64,000 nt of DNA from positions 372,001 through 436,000 of the forward strand of contig OX337231.1 of assembly GCA_946965045.2 (NCBI GenBank), in the 5' to 3' direction. Position numbers and translations under genes: made by a program. A model generated the notes under the pieces. The model saw nothing but the letters and a program-made list of their open reading frames with translations, was not told the DNA's origin and did no database searches. This stretch comes from Epithemia pelagica (Eukaryota; Protista; Bacillariophyta). Below, piece by piece: positions 1 to 11,333 of the stretch; position 1 is the stretch's first letter, and each line of letters opens with the position of its first letter.

Positions 1-3000
1 GTGGTTGTTGCATGGCATTGGGGGAGGGTGTTCTCATGTGCACCCTTGTTGTCTGTGATGGCTTTTTGACAGCGTTGGGAGAGGGTGCTCTTATGGCCGG
101 TCTGCGGTGGCCATGGTTACTGTTGTTGTTGTTGTTGTTGTGGTTGGTTTGATACGGCTGTTGTTGTGGTGGCTGGTCGTGAGTAGAATGGTGATTGTTA
201 TTCTGGTACGGCGACGTCATGGACGAATGGTCGGACGGTACGGATGACTGGTGCATGCCAGGTCCAACCGTTGGGGAAGGATGCAAACCGACCGAATGTG
301 AGGAGGAGAGATGGCGGTCGGTTTGTCGGGAGAATTGATTGTGGTGGAATCGATTGCTTCGAGCCAAATCCGATTGAAGGTTGTTTCGAACATCTCTAAT
401 TGTTGAAGCAATCATCTCTTCCAGGAGTTCTGAATCTGTCTTTTCCAGTTCAGGACTTGGAGGACGACGTGACGACGCTTTTCCACCACGAACATGGTGA
501 AACAAGAAATCATCGGTCGAATCTTGCGCTTCAATACAATTCGATGCCATGTCATCTTCATCATCCCACGAACTTGCCACCGAAAAGACGGAAGCGTCCA
601 ATCCACCCACGGCAGCCAGTGCGGCAGATGAAGAGTTGGTACGTCGTACAACGGAATGAAGACGATCGTTTGTCCTGTTCGAAGACATGAGACCCGACTG
701 ATTGCCCTGAATTTGGTGATGTCGCTGTTGCTGTTGCTTTTGTTGACTCCACTTGGATGGGCCAGCCATTCTGAAAGCTGATCCAGAAGGCATTGGATTA
801 CCAGTCCCAGGACCGCTCCGATAGTTGGTACGAGCAAAACCTGGAACTCCACCACTACCGTTGGACTCTTGTTGTTGTCTGCTCCATCGGTGCGTTGTCC
901 CGGTGGGGGTTGTAGTATCTGTTTGGGAAGATGAGACTGATACTGTGTCGGAGGCCGAATTGTCCCATTGTGCGGAGGAGCGATCTTGTCTGTGTAAAAC
1001 ACCCGAAGACGACTTTGTCAAACGAGGGTGAGCTTGCTGCTCCACAGACATGAAGTTGGCGGAAGACATTGGATTACCAGTCCCAGGTGCATTCTGAAAG
1101 TTGGGCGATGTGCGCGCAAAACCAGGAACTCCACCACCACCGTTGGACTCCTGTTGCTGTCTGTTCCATCGGTGCGTCGTTCTGGTGGGAGTTGTGGTAT
1201 CTGTGTGGAAAGACGAGACTGAGACGGTGTCTGCGGCCGAATTGTCCCACGGTGCGGAGCAGCGATCTTGTCTGTGTAAAACTCCCGAAGACGATTTTGT
1301 CAAACGAGGGTGAACTTGCTGCTCCGCAGACAAGAAGTTGGTGGAACGCGGTTGTGCTTTGGCATTGACAGAAGAGTCGTGTGCTGACATCCTGTTTGCG
1401 GTCGGCATTGAGGAGGCGGAAGGACTAGAGTCAATCTGTTCGTCTTTTTTGGAAAATTGTTGCTGTCCCTGGGACATGCTATTTCTAAAAAGGCGTTCAC
1501 TGATCTTTTTGATCGCACTTCCAGTCGGTGCCGAGGAAACTGAAACGCTATCAGATGAAGTCCATTCAGAAGAATTGCCTGCCTGTTTTTGGCCAGAAGC
1601 CGCGCGAGAGAAATTCGTCTTTGTATCTTCAAGATTCGGAGGAGCAGAAAGCGGACGATGAGACGGCGATTCCGTCGCAGAGACGTTATGCTTCTGCTTG
1701 GATGAGGGGACGTCGGAGGAAATCTCCATTTCTCGACGATGGTGGATCCCATTCGAATGGTCTTCATTCACGGGAGAAGGCATATGGGATCGTTCCATGC
1801 CCATACCTTGTGTTCGTGCGTTAAATGAACCAGTGGAGCCTGATCGAACCTCAGTCCTACCTGGACCCATTGTTCCACCATACTCTTTCTTGTGTTGTTG
1901 GTCCGTGGCCGACATGTCATCCGCAAACACAAGAGGGTACGGATCTTGTTCCCTGCTGCTTTTTTCCGAGAAGTCTTCCTCTTCTCCCGTGGATGAGTCG
2001 ACACTAAATGTGCTGTTTGTAATGCGAAATCGAAGGGTTCCCGCATGTCCACTGTCCACCTCTTTAATTGTTTCCAGCACGTGTACATTTGCTCCATCGG
2101 GATGGGGCATATGAGCATAGCCGTCATTGGACGACGACGACGATGACGCAGAGCAAGTCTTGGAAGTCTTGTTCTTGTCTTTTTTGGTGTCGGTGCAACA
2201 TAACACCAGTCCCTTCATGGCATCTTGAGCCGTGACCGTCCCGCCACTGGCAGCCAACGGTCCATAGGCTCGTGGATCACCGGAAAGATACTCTTCGACC
2301 GGACAGTCTTCCACCAGTGAGTTGGTGGGATAGACAAAGGCATTCAAATCTGCTGTATCTGTGCTTTTGGCTTCAATGAAAGCACCCGTTTCGTCCGAAT
2401 CGGCCGCCGACAAGGGGGCTGCCTTGTTATTGTTGTTGCTGTTGTCGTCGTCCGTCGTTAAACCTTCTAGATTGGAAGACGAATCGAGCCAGGCGTTTTC
2501 GGATGTAGCCGCAACGTGTGAAGCCGAAGTCGCAGTATTGGTAGAGGACGAAGAAACAGATGTCCTCTCTTCTACTACCCGTTCCTTGCCTCGTTGTTGT
2601 TGTTGTTGGGACCGTGCTTGATTCGATGACTGCAACTTGGAGAGAAACCGTTTCTTCAAGGATTGACGTCCGTCCGTGGTGGTGCTACGAGGTACGTTTG
2701 GCCCTTTCGTCTTCGTAGTAGTAGTAGTAGAAGACGGCAGAACCTGCTCATCGGCTCCTGGATGATGTTTGTGGGTACGCTTGGATCCGTTGGGGACTTG
2801 TCCTGGTTTTGTATCGCTGGACTGCTGGTACGAAGAATTCTTAGTGGTGTTTGGAGTCGGTTGTGGTTGCGGTTGTTCTTCGGTCTTTTCTAATCCTTTC
2901 AAATCACTTCCTTGACGAGGAGGAAGTTGACCGGGACATTCTCGATCGTCCGCTTCCATGCCTTGTGCTTGTGGTCGACTTGTGTCGTGTTGTCGTCCCT

Positions 3001-4828
3001 GGGCCCCTCCTGTTTGGTCATTGTTGTCTTGTTGTTGTGGTGGTGGTTGTTGTTGTTCGTAGGAAGACGACGAACTGGAGGATTGACTGGCGGATACGAT
3101 GGTGGAAGGATCGGGTTGTGGTGGGGGAACCACCCGTTGTCGTTCTTCGAAGTTGTTGTCGTCATGGGCCGTCGAGGACGATGGCATGTTGGAAAAATCT
3201 TGCAAAATGACCACGCCCGACTGGGGATCAACACTGGGCAAGGTATCGACCGTGGGCAAGGACGGTGATGCCGTCGTTGTGGTATTGTTGGTTTGGCGAC
3301 CACCACCACCACCACGATTGGGAGGAGGATGGTATGGATGAGACGACAACGACGACGAGGCAATGGTATCACGATGACTTGCCGACACGGAGGAAGAGGA
3401 GGAGTCACTGGATGGTGCATCGGGACGTCGATGGAAAAAGGTACTGGGAACCACACTGGATCGTTCTTCGGGGAGTGTTGGTGGTGGTCCTTCCTCATGA
3501 TGTTGTTGCTGTTCGTGTTGTTGGTGTTGTTGATAGTGTCGTCGTGGGACTGTGTTGCCACTGGTTGTCGTGGCAGCCGGGTGATGCTTGTCCTCCTGTG
3601 GATCCTCGTCCTCCCAAACAAAGGAGGCGGCACTGGGTGGATCCACCTGCTGCGACAAAGTCGTAGTAGTCCCAGTGTTGAAACTGTGGCGTCGCCGAGA
3701 TCCAGCGGGTCGTGGTGGATGTCCTTGTCGAGGAGAGGCATCGGGATCTTGTCCCTTATGTGGCTGTTGCTGTTGTGGTGGTTTCGAGGAAGTCGTGGTC
3801 GTGACTTGCGGCTGTTGCTGCGGTGGACGACGACGCGGAGGAAATCCCACTCGGTGCGACATTTTGGTCGTGGTGGGAGGTGGATCGGCCGACAAGGGTG
3901 GTCGACGACCACGAGAAGGTGGAGGAGCATGCTGACTGCTGCTGTTGGTGGTCGGAGACGAAGAAGAAGGAACGTGTGGTGGTGGTGCTTCCTGCTGGTG
4001 CGTCATGGTACCCTTGAAGGAGGAGGACCGAAAGGGTTTGTTTTGTTTTCGTTGCACTACTACAGTCGGTTGTGCCTGTTGTTCGGGCAAGGGATCCTGT
4101 TGTCGTAGATGGTGGTGAAAACGATGCGGTGAGGGAGTTCGATGTCGTCGAGGCGATGGTTGGTGGTAGTCAGAGGATGAGGGTGGAGGACGCAACCGGT
4201 ACGGACTCTGATTGGTGGTGGTGTCATTCTGATTTCTGGTCGGAGGAGGAGTGTGCCGCGGATGATGGTGAGGATGATGATGAGGAGGATGATTGGACGG
4301 TGGTAGTGGGGCTGAATATGGCGATGGACGACGGTGATGATGATGATGATGAGGAGGAGGATTATATGCATCTTGAGGATGAGAATGGTGATATGGATAG
4401 GGATGATCTCCCGCACCACCACCAGTACTATAGAAAACCGCCTCGTCCTCCTCTTCTTCTTGGGAATAATTGTCTTGCATGTGCCCCAACAGAGATTCGG
4501 TCATTTGTCGTTCTTGTTCTTGTTCTCCTTCGACCGAGGATTGGTCATCGTCCATGGAAGGATCTCGACCCAATTGTTGTTGCTGCTCATAGTCTTGGTA
4601 CTGTGGATGATTGCCACCTTGATGTTGGTAATACGAATAATAGTCGTCTGGAGGAGGATGATTGGCATTGGCATACGGATGATCTGGTCCTCCTCCATAC
4701 GGGTTGTGATGATGAGGATGGTGGTGAATGGGCGACGAGGGAGCCGACGAATAGCCACCACGACCATTGTCGTTTCGACCTCGAGCGAGCGATGGCAATC
4801 GATTTTGCCGTAGCAAGGAACTTGCCAT
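1..4828 (-). CDS. Very large low-complexity/disordered protein (>=1609 aa, 3' end beyond window)
   Basis: Manual translation: ATG at 4828 (MASSLLRQNRLPSLARG...) and no stop seen in this frame down to position 1. H/P/Q/S/T-rich, with a 92-aa internal duplication. Missing from the ORF track because it has no stop in the window. Confidence 0.85.
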   Translation of the reverse strand, partial: MASSLLRQNRLPSLARGRNDNGRGGYSSAPSSPIHHHPHHHNPYGGGPDHPYANANHPPPDDYYSYYQHQGGNHPQYQDYEQQQQLGRDPSMDDDQSSVEGEQEQERQMTESLLGHMQDNYSQEEEEDEAVFYSTGGGAGDHPYPYHHSHPQDAYNPPPHHHHHHRRPSPYSAPLPPSNHPPHHHPHHHPRHTPPPTRNQNDTTTNQSPYRLRPPPSSSDYHQPSPRRHRTPSPHRFHHHLRQQDPLPEQQAQPTVVVQRKQNKPFRSSSFKGTMTHQQEAPPPHVPSSSSPTTNSSSQHAPPPSRGRRPPLSADPPPTTTKMSHRVGFPPRRRPPQQQPQVTTTTSSKPPQQQQPHKGQDPDASPRQGHPPRPAGSRRRHSFNTGTTTTLSQQVDPPSAASFVWEDEDPQEDKHHPAATTTSGNTVPRRHYQQHQQHEQQQHHEEGPPPTLPEERSSVVPSTFFHRRPDAPSSDSSSSSVSASHRDTIASSSLSSHPYHPPPNRGGGGGRQTNNTTTTASPSLPTVDTLPSVDPQSGVVILQDFSNMPSSSTAHDDNNFEERQRVVPPPQPDPSTIVSASQSSSSSSSYEQQQPPPQQQDNNDQTGGAQGRQHDTSRPQAQGMEADDRECPGQLPPRQGSDLKGLEKTEEQPQPQPTPNTTKNSSYQQSSDTKPGQVPNGSKRTHKHHPGADEQVLPSSTTTTTKTKGPNVPRSTTTDGRQSLKKRFLSKLQSSNQARSQQQQQRGKERVVEERTSVSSSSTNTATSASHVAATSENAWLDSSSNLEGLTTDDDNSNNNNKAAPLSAADSDETGAFIEAKSTDTADLNAFVYPTNSLVEDCPVEEYLSGDPRAYGPLAASGGTVTAQDAMKGLVLCCTDTKKDKNKTSKTCSASSSSSSNDGYAHMPHPDGANVHVLETIKEVDSGHAGTLRFRITNSTFSVDSSTGEEEDFSEKSSREQDPYPLVFADDMSATDQQHKKEYGGTMGPGRTEVRSGSTGSFNARTQGMGMERSHMPSPVNEDHSNGIHHRREMEISSDVPSSKQKHNVSATESPSHRPLSAPPNLEDTKTNFSRAASGQKQAGNSSEWTSSDSVSVSSAPTGSAIKKISERLFRNSMSQGQQQFSKKDEQIDSSPSASSMPTANRMSAHDSSVNAKAQPRSTNFLSAEQQVHPRLTKSSSGVLHRQDRCSAPWDNSAADTVSVSSFHTDTTTPTRTTHRWNRQQQESNGGGGVPGFARTSPNFQNAPGTGNPMSSANFMSVEQQAHPRLTKSSSGVLHRQDRSSAQWDNSASDTVSVSSSQTDTTTPTGTTHRWSRQQQESNGSGGVPGFARTNYRSGPGTGNPMPSGSAFRMAGPSKWSQQKQQQQRHHQIQGNQSGLMSSNRTNDRLHSVVRRTNSSSAALAAVGGLDASVFSVASSWDDEDDMASNCIEAQDSTDDFLFHHVRGGKASSRRPPSPELEKTDSELLEEMIASTIRDVRNNLQSDLARSNRFHHNQFSRQTDRHLSSSHSVGLHPSPTVGPGMHQSSVPSDHSSMTSPYQNNNHHSTHDQPPQQQPYQTNHNNNNNNSNHGHRRPAIRAPSPNAVKKPSQTTRVHMRTPSPNAMQQP
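790..1335 (-). repeat. 276-bp (92-aa) intragenic tandem duplication
   Basis: cattggattaccagtcccagg at 791 and 1067; units continue through ...aaacgagggtga(g/a)cttgctgctcc. The period keeps the frame. Confidence 0.9.
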
Positions 4829-5677
4829 GATGACTGGATGGAATCCGGTTGTTGTAGATACAACGAACTGGTTCAATCAATTTGTCTCTCTAGAGAAGAA
4901 GGACACACCAGTGATGATGACAAGAAAGAATGGATGTGAAGGGAGAAAGATGATATCACCAATCGATTTACAGACATTCACAGTTGACTGACTGTGTTTC
5001 GGTTTGCCACACCCTTCTCTCTTTCTCTCTTTGGTGTGTGTATTATTGATACGATCACTCGTGTACTCGATGAAATCCTTGCATCAATTATCGGCTTGTC
5101 CTTTCGGCGGATCCTGTCATAACCAAGGATGTGGAGTTTGTCGAAGCAACCGCTGTTCCTCGCCAATGGAAGCGATGAAGCGTGCTCGCCAAACTGAACG
5201 AGCAGTCGCAGCAGAGATTCGGTCGCAGAAAAGAACCATGGAGTATTCTACAGCCAGGATTCTCCACAGGATATAGTGTATCATCGTTCGGAAGCTAGGC
5301 GGGCTCGCAACATCAGAAATCAGAGAGGCTAGATTGTATCACAACAACAACAACAACAACAACAAACGTGTGGCAAAACAGAAAAATGGCACCATGCATG
5401 CATGCCAACCAGCAAGCAAGACTTGAATTCGGTTCCCTTTTTCCCTTGTCCAAACCAAGAAGGAGGAGAAACACACACAAGAGGATGACACGAATGGTCG
5501 TGAGTTGGTATATATAGACCTATTCCTGGAACCAAACGCCATGGCAAGCACACCCACTCAAGTTTGTTCCACACACTACTACTCAAAACACGAAACAAAG
5601 AAGAAAAAGAAGAAGACGACAAATCGTCCAACTCTCGCCCAAAAGAGGATCACTGCTCACCACCCTGGACGAGTACC

Positions 5678-6787
5678 ATGACGCACCCTTTCATCATGAT
5701 CGCCCAGACGACGAAACGAGTTCATCCTCCTCGTCTTCGAGGAACAACAAGGAGCCGCTACAGTCTCTGTACAAATGACCATTCCTTTCCCACCACGCAC
5801 CGTCGACTGGCACCCGAGGAGCAGCAGTACCATGGCTCCTCCTCCTCCTCCTCCGATATCACCATGCACAATACTACTACTACCACTACGAATACAAAGA
5901 CAAGTGCACAAGGAGGAGGAGGAAAAACACTCGTGTCCATGATTTTGTACAGTCTCTTGGTGGTCCTTGTCCTGACACTGGCAATCTGTGGCCTCAAGGT
6001 GGCCTTTCAACGGCACATTTTGTCGTCCGAACCAGTGGCATCCTCGTCCAGCCGCCAGAGTACAATGACAACAAGGGCCACCACCACCGCCACCCGACGA
6101 GAAGAAGGACCACACGATGATGACGATGACGACGACGAGGCATTGCCGAGGACGAGTCCAATCCCCTCACGTCCCACCACCCTTCCCACCACCCTTCGGG
6201 TGGTGTTGGCACCCGCATTCGACTATGCCACCGTGTTGGAACCAACTACCGTGATTCTACAATCCAAAGATTTTGCGTTGAAGGACGACAAGAATCAGGA
6301 CAATCACAACAACTACAACAATAACGATGAACAGGGGTCCTTCGCATGCTCCTGTTGCTCACAAACAGAGGGTTATTTCTGTGACGAAGGGACGACAAGT
6401 ACGAGTACTAGTACGACAACAAAAACAACACGTACTGTCAATCCTGGGTACGTGCAGCTTCCCTCCAGTCCTGGCACTCGACAACGACAACGACCAGTTT
6501 CAGCTGTCTGTGCCATTTGTTTGAGTCCCTATCAACCAGGAGACTCGATCTCCTGGTCGCCATTGTCGGTCGATTGTCGCCATGCCTTTCATACACACTG
6601 CATTGTGCCGTACGCGGAAACGTGTTACACAGCACAAGCACACCAACAACAACAAGTATCGCTGGATCCGTGGAATTCCAACCCGCACGACAGCATTGCT
6701 CATCCCCCTGTCACCGTGACGGTCCCCTGTCCCTGTTGTCGCACTCCCTTTTTGCAACATTCCATCTCGCTTGTTCTCTCATCCTAG
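5678..6787 (+). CDS. Transmembrane RING-H2 E3 ubiquitin ligase-like protein
   Basis: TM helix ILYSLLVVLVLTLAICGL; CAIC...CRHAFHTHC...CPCC fits the C3H2C3 pattern. First in-frame ATG at 5678. Confidence 0.85.
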   Translation: MTHPFIMIAQTTKRVHPPRLRGTTRSRYSLCTNDHSFPTTHRRLAPEEQQYHGSSSSSSDITMHNTTTTTTNTKTSAQGGGGKTLVSMILYSLLVVLVLTLAICGLKVAFQRHILSSEPVASSSSRQSTMTTRATTTATRREEGPHDDDDDDDEALPRTSPIPSRPTTLPTTLRVVLAPAFDYATVLEPTTVILQSKDFALKDDKNQDNHNNYNNNDEQGSFACSCCSQTEGYFCDEGTTSTSTSTTTKTTRTVNPGYVQLPSSPGTRQRQRPVSAVCAICLSPYQPGDSISWSPLSVDCRHAFHTHCIVPYAETCYTAQAHQQQQVSLDPWNSNPHDSIAHPPVTVTVPCPCCRTPFLQHSISLVLSS

Positions 6788-6998
6788 TACTACTACGGAA
6801 TCGCGGGTTCCGGTCACATACCATGCGTTTCTGGTCCTTGTTCTGTCGAATGTGAGAATGAAAAGTGTGTGTGAGTGTGTGTGTGACAACAGATCCTCTC
6901 CAACAAATAGCAATGTTTCGGTCGAGCTCTCGTCGTTGTTGGACATGGGACCCAAACACAACAGTAGAGATAGCAACAGAAGGAACTCTCTCCCACAA

Positions 6999-7031
<33 letters not shown>

Positions 7032-7689
7032 CACGTTGGCGGAGCTCTCGTCGTTCGGCATGGACAGTGCAATAGATCGAGGAGAGAGTAGGGAGTCTGC
7101 TCTACAATAGGAGTAATAGCAACCCACTGACTGTCTGTGATCGCCACGAGCAGTCGCAAATACATCAATCGATCGCCGAAACGAAGAATGGAGTGTACCT
7201 ACGACATAGAAAACTTCATAGTATTGTACCTAAAGCATGAAAATGTGCGGGCTCGCAGCATATTTCGCGTCGCTCGAAGATAGCACCACGGACAAACAAA
7301 GCGACACCATGGTTCGCTTTTCTCTCTGGATGTCGGATGCGATGATGATAGAGTCTGTCTGCGTTTCGAATTCCCCGAGCAGCATCCGCAATCCGCGCGT
7401 GCATCAATCGTGGGAAGTGGGAAGAGTACTTCCTATCCAGTGAATGACTTTCATACTTATACAATATAGCATACTTGTCACGATGTTGCCGCTGGAGATT
7501 GGTTCGGCACTCGCAGAATCCAGCTCGGGAACGATCGCGCGATCGTGCCTGCGCAAAAAGAAAAATACCAACAGTGGATCGAATGCTGCCGCCACAAATC
7601 CACAACGAACTTGATCGACAAAGGTCGACCCAACGACAACACATTCGACGATACTCTTGGTTTTCTGGATATAATATCTGACACACACA

Positions 7690-8286
7690 ATGGGAGGTCG
7701 TTCTACCAAGCTCGCCAATGCGGACAACACGGAGGGCCAAGTAGTGGCGCCAAAGGGATCCCCCGAGGACACGGTGTTTATCGTAACCTATGTAAGTATA
7801 GCAGCAACCACATTTTGCAGCTGGATGCTTGTCAAGAGAGACTTGTGGAGTTGGGATCCTACCGAGACGCGTCTCCGAATGGAAACGAATTCCTGAGGAG
7901 GCAGTTGCTCGTAGTCTCAACCCTGGTGCTTTGTACTGACATGTCCCCCGTCTCTCTAGTCTCCTCACCCTTGTGTCATTCGTTTCCCCCTCTTTTATGA
8001 TTCCTGGTGTCCACAGGGCGAACGCTGAGATGGCGGCGCACAGGAATTCCAAGCGGCCTTGACGGCCATTCGGCAGGGTTGGCCGGGTGCCAAGGTGCGT
8101 GGGAATACCGTGATTTTGCGCGAAACGCCCGTGCGGGTCACGGCCCAGAATCGTCGTCAGAAGGTGGAGGTGTGGCGGGGACGACAACCCGACCTCTTTC
8201 AAAAGTATCCCGAACGACGGGCCACCAGCATGGCTCAAATTGCGGCGGCAGTCGCCCAGTACCAAAAAGAATTGCGGCAAGTTTAA
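7690..8286 (+). CDS. Candidate Rdx/SelW-like selenoprotein (2 exons, in-frame TGA)
   Basis: Exon 1 7690-7791 (MGGRSTK...VFIVTY); intron 7792 GTAAGT ... TACTGAC ... CAG 8016; exon 2 8017-8286 with TGA at 8026-8028 in frame (Y-G-E-R-U-DGGAQEFQAALTAIRQGWP...VEVWRG...). No SECIS identified by eye. Confidence 0.55.
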
Positions 8287-8667
8287 CAACACCAACAAAA
8301 AATAATCGCCACCACCACAACAAGAGCACAGTTTCGGCTGGTGGAATCGTACAATTGACCATACTCTCTGGGACAATGGTTGGGAGCACGTTTGTTGGGA
8401 GGGTCTGGAATGGCATGACGGTCTTGTTTGGATGCATGCATGCGAGTCGTTGGTGTTTGTACACACAACAATGACGTGGCGCACATGTCCCAGCATGACT
8501 TGACGACAAGAATGATACACAACCCACATTGATTCCAGATCCACCCGGCAGCCCCCTCGTTGTCCCACAAGAGTCGATTGAAATTACTAGTGTAAAGAAG
8601 TAAAAGAATGGCATGTCGAATTCCAATCATTCGTTCCACAGCATCTACCTGTTTTATTCTAGTAATC

Positions 8668-9346
8668 TCAACTACCGAATGGGTGACGAATCCAAACCAA
8701 CCGACGCAACCTGTTTTCAGACATGACCGCCAAACTCATGTCATTCGAAGGGTTTGGAGAACTGTACACGGACGGTTGTGTGGCTGCGTGTGAATCAATC
8801 ATCGAATCTCTCTTGTTTCTTCGAAACGGCTCACGGATTCTCCCCCGTTGTAACAAGAACGACACGATGGGCGGGGACCACCACAGTCTGTCTCTTGACT
8901 GTGCAGGGTTTGGTTCCTCTCGGTGGTCGAGTTTTGGCTCCAGTTGCCAACGCCATCCTTCGACATTTGGCTGTGGTTGTACGACGACATGCGCCATTTT
9001 GGAAGAGTCCTCCAACGCCACGGAAGATGATGGGTAGGAGCAATCCGGCAAACAAAAAGCCACAAGCCCATCTTCCTCCACAAAACTCCCACATATCGGA
9101 CCGCGACGGATGCATCCCCATCCTCTCGGAGTGACGACGAACGCGTAACGATTGTCTGTTTCCGTGAGAAAGCCACCGACCGGAAGGTCCGTGTCTTGTT
9201 CCATCTAGAATTGCTGCAAGCACTTTAACATTTTGCGCGTTCCTCGCACCCCCATTCGATCCATCATCATCGGCATTTGTGTTGTCTGTTTGTGGTTGTT
9301 GTTCTGACAAGGTTCTGGGGGAAGAAAAAGTGGGCACGGGTGGCAT
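8668..9346 (-). CDS. Hypothetical protein (frame uncertain: 8831-9346 or 8668-9204)
   Basis: Two overlapping minus-strand ORFs of 171 and 178 aa, one with a hydrophobic stretch. No recognisable domain. Confidence 0.25.
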
Positions 9347-9918
9347 GGGGGCGTGACAGGGTCCCCACGTCCGTTGGATCTCGGATGGGAAGGGCTTATA
9401 GAAATTTTCTATTCTTTCGAGAAGTATTTCACAGATACTATGGCGACAAATTTTTCGGTGCTCGCTTGTGGCCGGCTCGCTCAGTTCTTACACAAGACTC
9501 GTTTCTATGATAGTGTAGTTTTTGGCGAAGACCCATTCTTCTAGTTAGACAGAAAAGACCAAGCCGGTCCTCGCTCATCGGATGTTCTCGCTGGTGTGCG
9601 AGACGCACAACACTCTCTCTCTTGGAAGCAGTCTTTCGTCCGTTGAAGAAAGGTAGGCGAACAACACATTGCAATCGTTTGGAAGGCCACCTCCTTTACA
9701 CGACAAACACAAAAGATTGAGCATAGTACGAAACAACAAACGAGTTCTGGAGGTTGTTGTTGTTGTTGTTTGTTGTCAGTGTCGTCATCCTTGGTGTTGT
9801 GCGTTTTTCGATTTGGCGTACCAGCAGCACAGCGTCTATTCGAGGAAAGTCGCTCGAGCTCCAACAAGAGCCACAACAGAAACAACAACAACAGAAACAA
9901 CAAACAACAAACAACAAG

Positions 9919-10746
9919 ATGGTGTTTGGACAATTGCAAAAGTTGCAAGACCAAGTCTTTTGTTTGCAAGAGGAACGGAATTATTTCCAAGCCAAATATT
10001 TGGAACAAGTTTCGGAATTGCAAGCCCTACGAGAGGATTTGGGCAAGGCCAAGAAGGAAATTGTCCGATTGCGTCAAGAACTCATGGACACGCATACCAC
10101 CAACACTATGGAACAACCCAAGAAGAAACCGCTGACCACAGACAAGCATCACGACGACGACGACGAAGAAGAAGAAGAAGACACGACGGCCAGTTGCCGC
10201 AGTGATGAGGAAGACGAGGATGAGGACCTTCACCACCAGGAAGATGATGATGACGACGACGACGACGACGACATGCCCAATTTACAGACGGCCTGTAGTA
10301 CCATGTACGAAGAAGATGTCCAATTGCGACAAAGTGCGGAAAAGTTATTGCAATGGGCCCGGTATCGCGAATCGACGACCAGTGCGTCGTCGCGTCGTGA
10401 AAGTATGAGCAGTAGTAGTAGTTCGCACGACGGAGGATCCAATCACCCTCATCACCACCACCCAAAGACAAGGAATCCTCAGGCCACTCCCAATACAACC
10501 GCCACCTCCACCTCCTTGTTGTCGTCATTGTCGTCTCCCAATGATTCCTTTGACAACGACGACGACGACCACAGCCTCGAACCGGCGTTGGAAACCGAAC
10601 AAGCGGTACCACCACGTCGTTTGACGGGACAAGTGTCGGATTTGAGCGATGGCTCGTTTCTATCCGACGACTCGCCGCAGCAGGAGGACCCACCACCGAA
10701 CGGCTCCTTGCTACAACGCTTTGAAAAAGTTGTGACCAGTCTGTAA
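9919..10746 (+). CDS. Coiled-coil protein with acidic/Ser-rich tail
   Basis: ATG 9919, MVFGQLQKLQDQVFCLQEERNYFQAKYLEQVSELQALREDL... heptad pattern, followed by a D/E/S-rich region. Confidence 0.75.
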   Translation: MVFGQLQKLQDQVFCLQEERNYFQAKYLEQVSELQALREDLGKAKKEIVRLRQELMDTHTTNTMEQPKKKPLTTDKHHDDDDEEEEEDTTASCRSDEEDEDEDLHHQEDDDDDDDDDDMPNLQTACSTMYEEDVQLRQSAEKLLQWARYRESTTSASSRRESMSSSSSSHDGGSNHPHHHHPKTRNPQATPNTTATSTSLLSSLSSPNDSFDNDDDDHSLEPALETEQAVPPRRLTGQVSDLSDGSFLSDDSPQQEDPPPNGSLLQRFEKVVTSL

Positions 10747-11333
10747 CACTAGTTGGATATACTACCGATTGATAAAAGTTTTTGTATACTACCTACTTGA
10801 AAAGGACCTCTGCGTTGCAACCTCTTGCTTGCTTCTTGTGTTGTTGTCTTGTTGTAGTCGTTGCTGTAGTTGTTGTTGTTGTTGTTGTTGTACTAGAGGA
10901 GTATTTGTTGTTGTGGAGTATTCTTGGGTCCCCTAGCTCTAGAGGACTACTCCTACTATGGTCACCAAGTACGGGTCTCTCTAGCAAGCAGCTGCCACGT
11001 GTACACCAAAAAAACAGAACAAACCCCGACTGTCAATGTCTGTAGATAGACCACAGACAGTGGCGAGTGTCGCCCCCAAAGAATGCGTGATGAGTGATGA
11101 GGCAGCAACAAGACACGTGGTGAGAAGTGAGAATGGACCGGATGTTTTGGGTCTGCGCTTCCGCGCCTCCTTTGTTCCAATAACACGGCAGACAATAGCG
11201 ATAGAAAAGCACAGAAGAAGAACGAACCTCTTACGACAACGTCTCGGAAACATGTTCGAGTTGGCATTAGACATGTGACTCCCGCGCTCTTTTTCTTTTA
11301 CTTCGAGCACATTCGACAATAGACCACAAAAAG

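Noticed and set aside
7216-8568. 450-aa minus-strand ORF
   Set aside because: Antisense to the spliced plus-strand gene with its strong splice signals; no domain and random-looking composition. Treated as a shadow ORF, though its length is unusual.
8287-8800. Possible SECIS elements (ATGA at about 8425, 8471, 8495, 8723)
   Set aside because: None forms a convincing 11-12-bp helix II with an apical AA and a 3' GA by eye; needs SECISearch.
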